DNA of 64,000 bases from Elusimicrobiota bacterium (GTDB lineage: Bacteria; Elusimicrobiota; Elusimicrobia; F11), in contig JBGAON010000005.1 of NCBI GenBank assembly GCA_044221725.1, forward strand, positions 143,598 to 207,597, written 5' to 3'. Positions 57,601-64,000 of the stretch are shown one piece after another. Every line of letters begins with the position of its first letter. Within the stretch, counting starts at the first letter, position 1. A program made the position numbers and the translations under genes. The notes beneath the pieces were generated by a model. The model made no database searches and had not been told where the DNA came from. It saw nothing but the letters and a program-made list of their open reading frames with translations.

Positions 57601-60450
57601 CAATTCAAGATTAATGGCCGAACCTACTCAGGAAAGATCCGTGGACAAAAATCGGTTGTACCGGAACAAGATTTGAAACCGGATTCGGGCGTGCCGAACG
57701 GTGAGGACTACGAGTTCTTTGTCGATGGACCCAACAACTTTGTTATCGAAAGACCGAACAAAGATCCTCGCGGACGGTTTGTTCCGCTTCTCAAGAAAAA
57801 GGGTACCAATGAGATTGTTACGCCCACCGATGAACAGGTGTCGTTGATCGAGCCAGACACGGGCGGCGCTTTGGTGATTGATGAGAAAGGAAATTTCGTC
57901 ATTGTCGACAAATTTCAGTACGCGGGCACCGACGTTGCTGACCGTATCGACAACGACCGTTACTACAATACAAATCAGGTTCAGTTTAAAATCGCTGACA
58001 TGCTGCGTTTCTTTGGTCTTATGGACGCAAACGGATCAACGGAGAGATTTGAAGCGATGTCCCCTCAGATGCGGCTCGACACGGTTTTAAAAGCCACGCG
58101 GGATCTTCCGTATTCGATGGAAGACATTGATTCCGGGGCCGCGCTCTTGCCGGTGCGAATTCTTGCCACGGTCTTGAAAAAAATGAAAGGCGGCTTTGTG
58201 GTCATTGACCCCTTCGCCGAGGCCACGCCGTTTAACGGCTATCTCGGTTTCAAAGATTGGAACGATCACATCTTAAAGGCCACTCCGATTAAAAGGATTT
58301 TTACTCACATTGTTGAAGCGCTCGCGAAAAGAGGACGTTTCCCCGCTGTCAGAGGGGAAATAACGGTCGATAACTTCATCCCGACGTTTACTCCAATCTA
58401 CGCGGCGGCCATGGATCATGTTGCGCATCACTTGAACGGCATAGACGATCGGGCCGATTACGATTGGATGGCTTCATCGGTTGGCACCAAGGAGAAGCCG
58501 GAACCAACGCCGGACACCGTGTTGCAGTTGACGCGATCGGGAATTCTGAACCTCTACAAAAAAGACGTTCGTCGGTATTCTTTCCTACGGGAAAACATGA
58601 ATATTCACAAGGGAAAAGAACAGCAGGACAGATACGTCACGTGGAAAGTGCGGCAAATTTTTATGCGCCTGTTCGCAATGAAAAAGTTCAAACTGGTTTT
58701 TGAGAAATACGGAATTCAAACCGGAGTTTCGAAGGAAGATCCGTACGTGCGTTTGTTGCTCTACACACGCATCGATGATGAACTTGCGGCCGAAGTTGGT
58801 GGTTCGATTGAAAGACTTCATCTTCAGGGCGGATCGACGGATTTGGATGAGGAAGACCTTGAGCTTGGCGAATATAGCCCGCTGGAATCTTCATTGGATG
58901 TGCGACCGGTTCATTCCGTGAGTTTTTTACGTCCTTCCCGTACCGCCCCTTTTGTTGAGGAGCTGACGGTGCTCATTTATGGCCCCATCTTCGCGACCAC
59001 ATTTGTGTTCATCCAAAATTCATTCGTCTCGTTTGGAATAACGCTCGCTGTGTTGATTTTTATCGCGGGATTTTTAGCGATGATACACACCGAGGTTTTC
59101 TTGCCCAATACGGACGGGACTTACGCGCGTACGGCCGCACGCCCGTCCGACAAAATAAAAATTTTTGGTTTGTTGTTCTCTTTCGCGATTCCATACTTGT
59201 TTATCTTAACCGTCGTGAGCTTCTATATTAATGTTCCACCGAATCTCAGCTTTATTGAATCGCAACGGGCGATGCGCTCGTTGCCAATCGCGGCGATCGT
59301 TTTCGCCGGTCTGCCAGCGCTGTTGCACTTGGCGTATGTGCGGCGTGTTATTCCCTTCTTTTTGCATCGCTTCAATATTCGTTTGCCGTTCGCAACGATC
59401 GCTGCAGAGCCACTGACCGACCGGGATCAAATCAAGAGAATGAGTAGTGAGCTTACCCCCGAGGCCCAAAGCCTTTTCGTCTCGCTGCTTTTAAAATCAA
59501 TGCCGCCGATGGAGCAGCTCGGTTTGGAAAAAATGGTGGAGCCGAAGATCGAATCTTTAACGATGATGCCCATTAATCGTGTTTGGAACAGTGATGAGCG
59601 GATTGCCGAACGAACGGACGCTGCGATAGCCGTCTATGCTGTTCTCTACAAAGCAGAAATTTATCGGCACGTGAATCATTTGGCGCGTCAAATTTCCGTC
59701 GGAGCGAAGGTGGACGCCAACATTATCAACCGAATTGCGTCGCTCACGGGCACGCTAAATACTTTGGGCAGAGGAGTAAATTCCGAACGGGATCACGCCT
59801 TGCAGGCTCAGCTCGCAACCTTGGGCGCTCTCGCGAGGGCTGCAGAGATTTCCCAATTCGATGTCAATGTCGTGCGAGGATTGCTCGAGAAAACAACGAA
59901 AGAGGCCCCGTTGGCGGCGGATGGCACCGTGAAACCGGCCGATGTAGAAACCAATAGAAATGATTACGGTATCTTTTCGTACCCTGACTTGAGTGGAAAC
60001 GCCGACTCCAAAGGCGCTCAGACGGCGCTCGCTGAAATTGGCCAGTTCGTTAAGGCGGCTTCGTTGCCCGGGGCGGAACGGAAATTTGGTTACGTGATTA
60101 TCACGTTGCGTTCGATTGAGGAAAAGGTAGCGGCATTGAATTTCCTCAGTGAAAGAATTCCTGGCGCCATGTTTAAAGAAGGGGATAATATTCGCTTCGA
60201 AATCCAGGCCCGCACGAATCCTCAACCGTTTATTGCCGACCTTAAAAACAAAGGACTGAACAAGATGTTCGGGTATCCGATCGGAAGCGCCAATTTCGAA
60301 ACGAACTGGGATATTTCCGGCTTATCATCAGAAGACTTGGCGCTTTTCTCTCTGCGTCTAATCGGCCTCGAAAGTGGGGAATTGTTTAACCTGGACGACC
60401 ACTTCCGCCAAGCCGAAAAGAACATCCAGCTCGCCGAACAGGGCGCTTAG
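51640..60450 (+). CDS. Giant protein 4 (2936 aa): conserved N-terminal domain, TM segments, GT5 glycogen-synthase-like domain, TM module, UDPGP-family pyrophosphorylase-like domain, TM module, C-terminal domain
   Basis: N-domain QDVHMNLEAQ..YLGSFIRDRTPLE (~51937-53220); GlgA motifs YIASE..HTGGIG, HVNDWQT, HNAVYQG, KGFDL, PSIFEPSGL (~54166-55890); UDPGP motifs LLGGAGSR, PRGPG, ISNGEDLGA, GGALV, YNTNQ (~56940-58270). Confidence 0.87.
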   Translation: MRFSLRKGSAAFIAGSLFITQVLTNPMLVQTCFAQNTGFGLRASADIWTERSNQIARLKSPQADIFPTRAADNAFKPFFQSVNPFARVGETHIENNGGPTVLLLQDVHMNLEAQKNIGEVLLRTPKNSVIGVEAAVGPFDFSKFRSYPEPKILANIASVLLRENYISAISWMGLTAKGSLPTIVGVDDSSLYVKNVDAFKNTIAIKADRLSSIETALQKLAHEKADLFSAEEKALDALITNYEAGNVTLAAYIQSLEQSVSMDAFPSLKTLSAALQLEARLDQKQAEQERERLVRKISATDSAALQQLTALSISHGAGEMEATTFYSEFRSILNAHHISLAAYPHFSTYVEYAALADGIKQERIFKEIQDLTKAAIGKIARREQTKQLFKQGRTLFLAKKLVNFELTPEEWKEYQVGPGLRHSRTTASVPSGTNLEAFFDFYRYAEARNEKMVNNLLNARGNSNTIVLLAGGFHSAGIRALLRARGVSYAVLTPRISQDNLGNGSAYLGSFIRDRTPLEKLFYGEKLTVAAADTILGPSNPIAPGRRWLPAAAISLTAVLAAAYFATGANPNLELATLSAWIAGISGGVAILLSAQDRRAHLNINGTEIEAGAELSAPAYRTIKDVPGLGNVGWNTHRSFGTVIKGIALVVFGIAFIKLLTNVFEPFVKARDVIAVGHSPSFPMRTGFFRWGFLLTIGVAFLSMVTTTRAYFHRFAPEKSFGDLPVEKLNSMSDVELWNEIKKNGYIRIHERLPYLPHGGSRVEGRLWNYFLTHSVDELVPDFQKMDAWTVAQVLQNENIMNHEHRLAKPHKIMMALSHEQRSDVSDNMKLKYYRQLMDPTRVKKVVYIASEVRGIFHTGGIGVVADSFPRAMQGFGHDVSQILPYYEGVGIEEEISKNVAAGIWTKKELFQKINVPMDGHIVTATVVQIDRRDLPTLYLIQNPEYFGRYTMGKDKRGKLNPYFPANLPNSHASFTEREMLTLERFIFFAKACMMAMPVLNLNGNGEAPDVVHVNDWQTTLLAPWLLYLRATTPVEFQHDAEANPYMRGMNPATFSRLKTYFQKTQTVSTQHNAVYQGLFSESARYENTFDRLKDNSWELFKKTGLPWDPFFMQTDQKTGVTEEKQPFSLRLHGQFNFSLAMKSADASYTVSEAHATELAEGAYPELPRFYYSLTMDERFTGINNAPDVELRNPRNLKGIIAYGVTDVEEKKPLNKIALLEKVGLASGNKSDDEAKFVVGVVARAEKEKGFDLILEALPEVLQGHEHDTVVVVLASGNPEYERRMRELQASYPRNIKYIDKFLPELEPMITVGSDSLLVPSIFEPSGLTHYDAMIAGTLPIVAPSGGLNVVRDPSEGIEAAIGFMMRSKTSIELSKKIEEARQMFLNDKSSWNRMIDNAMNTDFSWPDSVDKVMDLYERAEFFARIQKNNKISIKSPRGKRPRPQLVLNFIFNLAQNLEQRYADPISGHDLYKNSFWGAPKYEAGFLFALLAGTFAGFAVVLPVTWMALAAATITTMVTFLLLHPIRAGPSKGSPSLLEYRSLGILFIFLPFLLIIGPLALVGLSYIPNDRTILRGSILAASLAIGAISTMPGHAWWNNHSPKPLTAAHASYGALDKYLTGTAVRELLAFRGMQFRYDESDFQYFATNPRIVGFDRKTQKIVLQPLFNFLDPIPPANSPAAERKVIVDRNMESILRLSPPINQQGQINREEYHRVINDAFEGKLDKVEKYRVIDKIASHPDRIFDATAVSAREHQISFVRLIERYERGEIAIFSLLGGAGSRVIQKSKKIKESITKAILSTIGIQIPAIGLGTGPKHPLFLTIFKHSMLVTVKAVALVFNTQLGVNDHNIMAAVQDDPHMTRAISEKVEILKSPGSGIPMQRVADKKTKKPGGVLWTNKNGKEIPDSDVNVREGNAITRPRGPGAFSVLIAAAVDGTLLKLHRDGRLYGLISNGEDLGAMPNEMAANFMEENNLPITFFLAERDVKYQFKINGRTYSGKIRGQKSVVPEQDLKPDSGVPNGEDYEFFVDGPNNFVIERPNKDPRGRFVPLLKKKGTNEIVTPTDEQVSLIEPDTGGALVIDEKGNFVIVDKFQYAGTDVADRIDNDRYYNTNQVQFKIADMLRFFGLMDANGSTERFEAMSPQMRLDTVLKATRDLPYSMEDIDSGAALLPVRILATVLKKMKGGFVVIDPFAEATPFNGYLGFKDWNDHILKATPIKRIFTHIVEALAKRGRFPAVRGEITVDNFIPTFTPIYAAAMDHVAHHLNGIDDRADYDWMASSVGTKEKPEPTPDTVLQLTRSGILNLYKKDVRRYSFLRENMNIHKGKEQQDRYVTWKVRQIFMRLFAMKKFKLVFEKYGIQTGVSKEDPYVRLLLYTRIDDELAAEVGGSIERLHLQGGSTDLDEEDLELGEYSPLESSLDVRPVHSVSFLRPSRTAPFVEELTVLIYGPIFATTFVFIQNSFVSFGITLAVLIFIAGFLAMIHTEVFLPNTDGTYARTAARPSDKIKIFGLLFSFAIPYLFILTVVSFYINVPPNLSFIESQRAMRSLPIAAIVFAGLPALLHLAYVRRVIPFFLHRFNIRLPFATIAAEPLTDRDQIKRMSSELTPEAQSLFVSLLLKSMPPMEQLGLEKMVEPKIESLTMMPINRVWNSDERIAERTDAAIAVYAVLYKAEIYRHVNHLARQISVGAKVDANIINRIASLTGTLNTLGRGVNSERDHALQAQLATLGALARAAEISQFDVNVVRGLLEKTTKEAPLAADGTVKPADVETNRNDYGIFSYPDLSGNADSKGAQTALAEIGQFVKAASLPGAERKFGYVIITLRSIEEKVAALNFLSERIPGAMFKEGDNIRFEIQARTNPQPFIADLKNKGLNKMFGYPIGSANFETNWDISGLSSEDLALFSLRLIGLESGELFNLDDHFRQAEKNIQLAEQGA

Positions 60451-60543
60451 CCTAAACATCTCGTCAAATAGGTCGTTTTCCACTTGCCGTGATTATTGAC
60501 ACCCCCCGTGGCATTCCCATGACACGCGCGTTACACTCGATTC

Positions 60544-61380
60544 ATGGGTATGGAGATTGTCCGTTTAGGCGAATCTGATGTCAGGCAGCTCTCCGGTGAA
60601 AAAGAAGAACTTGGAGAGTTGTCGTTCGTAACCCACAACCTTCCTGAAAAGAACCTGTCTATTTGGATGATGACGGCAACCCGCGGTCAGCAACTGGTTC
60701 CCTGGTGGAATTACGACGCGAAAATTGACGGTGATTTGCAACGGCTCAACGATTTTTGGGGCGTGTCGAGCGCTCAGGGATTTTTCGATTGCCTGTACCT
60801 TTCCCAATTCAAAAAAATGGCGAGCAACAATTTTTATGTGATTGCTCCAGGTTATCTGCGCACCGATGGGTGGGACAAGATGCCCGAAGCGTCCCGTGTC
60901 GCGTATTTGCGGGGGCAAGGTTGCGTTTACCGATTGGAAGGGGCGTTCGATTCGAAGCTCACAATTAACTGGGTGCCTTTTGCGCAGCCGCAGAGTCTCG
61001 TCAAAGATCCGTCGTTTGGCGCATTGTGGCCGATGTTCACGGCGGCCCGCAACGATGATGTCGCCAACAGTCTTGGATTTTTCTCTCTTTCCGATATTCA
61101 TCAGCTGCCAAAAGTGGTGGGCATGCTGATTTCGCAAAGCAACAATCGCTCACTGGAATTGGCGTCCGCCGTCGATTGGTTCGGGTTGTATTCATCGCCG
61201 ATAACGCCCGATCATACCGCCTGCTCTGTCGTGTACACAAAACACGTGAGCGTGATGGCGAAGCTCGCCGAATTCCAGCAGAAATTTCAGCACGTGCTCA
61301 ATGAAGCCCGAGCCACATTGAAAGCCAACCCCGCTCCTCAAACCGCATTCAAAGTGCTGTCTCGCTATATCGCTATTTGA
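60544..61380 (+). CDS. Hypothetical protein, 278 aa
   Basis: Long ORF filling the intergenic gap; TACACT (60532-60537) lies 6 nt before the ATG, suggesting a leaderless promoter; no family recognised. Confidence 0.7.
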   Translation: MGMEIVRLGESDVRQLSGEKEELGELSFVTHNLPEKNLSIWMMTATRGQQLVPWWNYDAKIDGDLQRLNDFWGVSSAQGFFDCLYLSQFKKMASNNFYVIAPGYLRTDGWDKMPEASRVAYLRGQGCVYRLEGAFDSKLTINWVPFAQPQSLVKDPSFGALWPMFTAARNDDVANSLGFFSLSDIHQLPKVVGMLISQSNNRSLELASAVDWFGLYSSPITPDHTACSVVYTKHVSVMAKLAEFQQKFQHVLNEARATLKANPAPQTAFKVLSRYIAI

Positions 61381-61401
61381 TTACGATATAATTTCAGCAC
61401 T

Positions 61402-63015
61402 TTGAAACTTCGCCACGCCGCCCCGTTCCTGTTGTTTTTCCTCCTATCAATGGCGCGCGCAGACAACCTTCAGCCAACGATTCGCTCAATCCTCATCAAT
61501 CGAAAAAACGTTTTTGAAACGGGCTCGCGCACCGACAATGTTTTCCCGTATTCGTGGGCCAACAAAATTCACATCGTGACCAAAGAGGACACCATCCGCC
61601 ATGCGCTGCTATTTAAGGAAGGCGACGCTCTCGATGCTGAGAAAATTTCGGAATCCGAGCGGTTGTTGCGCCGGCAGGGAAATTTTCGCTACGTGAAAAT
61701 AACGCCGCTTGAGAATATGAATGGGCAGGTGGACGTGAAGGTAGAAACCGAGGACGTGTGGACCACGGCACTCGAATTGTCGTTCGGTCTGGCGGCGGGG
61801 AAACGGTCGTACTCGTTTGGTATTAACGAACAGAACTTCTTGGGGCGCGGAAAAGAAATCGGCGCGTTTGTGAGCAAAAATATCGACCGGACCACGCGCG
61901 GTGCCGTGTATCGCGATCCGCAAATTTTGGGTACGCGGTGGGAATTTTTCGGCGGTTACGGAAAAGACGAAAAAGGAAAGGAGTGGGAAACCGATCTCAC
62001 ACGCCCCTTTTATTCCGCCCTCGTGACGCATTCGGAAGGCGTCTTGCTCGGCGATCGCCAGAACGAAGACCGCTTGTTCGATGATGGAGACGAGGTTGCA
62101 ACGTTCGATCATCACTCGCGAAACGCTCGCGTGTTTGGTGCGGTGGCGCTCGTGGCGAGCATGAAACGTGTGCGGCGTGTATCGCTTGCCTACGAAAATA
62201 ATCTCGATGAATTTTCCAACGCCAAAGGACCGCAGTCGCCGGCTTTGCCAGAAGAGCGCCGTGTAAACCCCATTCTTCTCGGTTATCAGCACGAAAATAT
62301 TCGATTCCACAAAGTTCGCGGTGTGACGACCTTTGACCGCGACGAAGACATCAACTTGGGCGGCTCCTTTATCGCTGAAGCGGGGCCCACAAACGAACAC
62401 ACCGGAGCCACGCAGCGTGGGTGGTTCGGGCGAGCACGGATTACGAAAAATTTCCATTTCCAAGAAAACCAAGTCTGGTTCAATTCGATTGAAGTCGACG
62501 GGCGACAGGAACATGACGACGTGCAAAACGGTGTTCTGCGGTTGCAGACGCAATACTATTTGCTGGATTGGTTGCCGTTGCACACGGCGAGTCTTCGCAG
62601 CGAATATGTGGTCTCAAAGAACTTGGATCCGGAACGCGAATTTTTGCTCGGTGGCGAAAATGGATTGCGCGGATATTCGGTTCGACAATTCAGCGCCACG
62701 GACCGAATTCTTTTCACGCTTGAGGACCGTCGCGGTCTATTGTATGACTGGCTGCATTTGATCAGCATTGGGTGGGCCTGGTTCATGGATTCGGGTGCCG
62801 TGTGGGAAAAGGGTTCGTTCCCGGATGCCAATCAGTTCCGCACCGACGTAGGAGGAGGAATTCGCTTTGCACCATCAAGGTCCACCAATCCGGGCCTCAT
62901 CCGTATCGATGTCGCGTACGCGCTGCAAGACAACAACCGCTCCTCGCGCTTTGTCCTTAATATTGGCGCCGACCTTTCGTTTGGAGATCGCCCTGCTCGA
63001 AAGTTTGATCGCTAG
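61402..63015 (+). CDS. Omp85 (BamA/TamA-like) outer-membrane beta-barrel with a single POTRA domain, 537 aa
   Basis: Signal peptide (..LSMARA); POTRA-like IRHALLFKEGD..ESERLLR; EQNFLGRG barrel start; LGGENGLRGY (loop-6 VRGF/Y-like motif); GGGIRF..IRIDVAY. Confidence 0.85.
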   Translation: MKLRHAAPFLLFFLLSMARADNLQPTIRSILINRKNVFETGSRTDNVFPYSWANKIHIVTKEDTIRHALLFKEGDALDAEKISESERLLRRQGNFRYVKITPLENMNGQVDVKVETEDVWTTALELSFGLAAGKRSYSFGINEQNFLGRGKEIGAFVSKNIDRTTRGAVYRDPQILGTRWEFFGGYGKDEKGKEWETDLTRPFYSALVTHSEGVLLGDRQNEDRLFDDGDEVATFDHHSRNARVFGAVALVASMKRVRRVSLAYENNLDEFSNAKGPQSPALPEERRVNPILLGYQHENIRFHKVRGVTTFDRDEDINLGGSFIAEAGPTNEHTGATQRGWFGRARITKNFHFQENQVWFNSIEVDGRQEHDDVQNGVLRLQTQYYLLDWLPLHTASLRSEYVVSKNLDPEREFLLGGENGLRGYSVRQFSATDRILFTLEDRRGLLYDWLHLISIGWAWFMDSGAVWEKGSFPDANQFRTDVGGGIRFAPSRSTNPGLIRIDVAYALQDNNRSSRFVLNIGADLSFGDRPARKFDR

Positions 63016-63787
63016 TCTTTTCGCTGCTGTGCTTTTGTTGGTGTCGCCATTCGTGTGCGCTGACGAACTTGTGTTGAAAGAAGGGAAATCAATCCAAGGA
63101 AAAATCACGAAAGAAGACGCTGACGAGTACACCATTCTTATGGGCTCTCAAATGTATTTGCGCGTGGCGAAAGAAAAAGTGGCGCGCGTCGTGCGTGATA
63201 CGCCGGCAAAACCCAACAAGCCCATTGTCCGGACACCGGTCGCGTCGCCAAAAGCAGTTAATGTCTCGACGGCAGTCGCCGCAGTTCCGTCGCCATCGTC
63301 CAATGCTCCGGTGGCCGCAACAGCCGTGAAACCATCGCCGGCCAAGGCAACTCCATCTCCTGGAGTCGTTGCGACGCCGAGCATAAGTCCCGCAAAAGTC
63401 ACCGAGCCACCACAGCAAACGGTAAAGAAAGGTGTCGTCACAATTGAGGAGAATGTGGCGGCATCAAAAACCGGGAAAACCACGCTGCAGACGGTGTGGG
63501 AAGGAACGCCTGAGAAAGAGGCCAATCAAACCAAGTGGAAAGCCGTGATCTTGCGCGCGACGATCGCGAACGATCCAACATCCCCGCACGCAAAACAGGA
63601 AGTGGACTCGCTGCGTTCTTCGCTTTCTTCGTTCGCTGAAGAACTGACGGCGTTGCGCGCCAACGACGAGAAAACGCTGCGGTCCGAAACCGACCGGTTG
63701 TTGGCGGTCATGCAGGATCACGCCAAAAAAAGATTGCAAGGGTTGGCGCGTCGCGAAAAAAAAGAATTTGACAAAAAACAAAAATAA
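62981..63787 (+). CDS. Secreted hypothetical protein with Pro/Ala/Thr-rich linker
   Basis: Signal-like LFAAVLLLVSPFVCA|DELVLKEGKSIQGKI; the ORF track extends to 62867, but an in-frame TTG at 62981 or 63005 is a more plausible start. Confidence 0.7.
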   Translation: MEIALLESLIASLFAAVLLLVSPFVCADELVLKEGKSIQGKITKEDADEYTILMGSQMYLRVAKEKVARVVRDTPAKPNKPIVRTPVASPKAVNVSTAVAAVPSPSSNAPVAATAVKPSPAKATPSPGVVATPSISPAKVTEPPQQTVKKGVVTIEENVAASKTGKTTLQTVWEGTPEKEANQTKWKAVILRATIANDPTSPHAKQEVDSLRSSLSSFAEELTALRANDEKTLRSETDRLLAVMQDHAKKRLQGLARREKKEFDKKQK

Positions 63788-63881
63788 CTTAAGATCTCCG
63801 TCGACAAACCCTCCCGTCCCCTCCTTGTTTTAAAATTCAATCGACCCCCTCCTCGACGCAAGTTTCATTCGTGGAGATGTT

Positions 63882-64000
63882 ATGTGGAAGAGCCGTTCGT
63901 TTGGTGGATCTGTTGTGGAAATGGCATTCGTGGCGCCGCTGGTCGCGTTCGTGTCGCTTCTGTTTCTAAATCTCGTTTGCGTGGCTCTTGATCAAATTCG
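63882..64000 (+). CDS. TadE-like pseudopilin, 5' part (runs off the window)
   Basis: GGAG at 63873-63876, then MWKSRSFG|GSVVEMAFVAPLVAFVSLLFL, matching the TadE G-x4-E-x-A-x3-P pattern; absent from the ORF track because it is truncated. Confidence 0.65.
   Translation, partial: MWKSRSFGGSVVEMAFVAPLVAFVSLLFLNLVCVALDQI

Noticed and set aside
109-63781. Several hundred short ORFs antisense to or overlapping the long + strand genes (e.g. 1124-2041, 24921-26132, 32013-33050, 61609-62583)
   Set aside because: Shadow ORFs expected from codon bias opposite long genes; no recognisable motifs.
63788-63793. CTTAAG resembling part of the giant-gene operator
   Set aside because: Single isolated half-site overlapping a stop region, without the 11/10/11 repeat series.
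1-64000. CRISPR arrays, tRNA/rRNA genes, cobalamin riboswitch upstream of nrdJ
   Set aside because: Intergenic spaces are short and none shows such repeats or structures; sequence upstream of position 1 is not visible.

Overview
Bacterial chromosomal window with almost all real genes on the + strand. The lineage cannot be proven from sequence alone; the gene style resembles Elusimicrobiota/Omnitrophota-type genomes. Gene order: class II (B12-dependent) ribonucleotide reductase nrdJ with an NrdR box and terminator; a three-gene minor-pilin/pseudopilin cluster whose first gene is split by an IS256-family element; a ~50 kb tandem array of four giant paralogous genes (2529, 8862, 1975 and 2936 aa) with an IS30-family element sitting exactly at the stop codon of the second; then a hypothetical gene, an Omp85/BamA-TamA-like barrel, a secreted protein and the start of a TadE-like pseudopilin. 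The array is the main discovery. All four proteins share a signal-peptide-like start, a W-x-(D/E)-R motif, a ~370-440 aa conserved N-terminal domain and a C-terminal helix ending in Ala. All four genes share one upstream DNA motif: four TT(A/G)(C/A) repeats spaced 11/10/11 bp, followed by a fixed-distance -10 element. Between these constant parts each protein carries different, divergent glucose/glucan enzyme cargo separated by membrane segments: GH18, hexokinase, FKS/callose-synthase-like GT48, HIT-type NDP-sugar phosphorylase, GT35 glucan phosphorylase, GT5 glycogen synthase and UDPGP-type pyrophosphorylase. Domain calls come from recognising motifs by eye, not from database searches.
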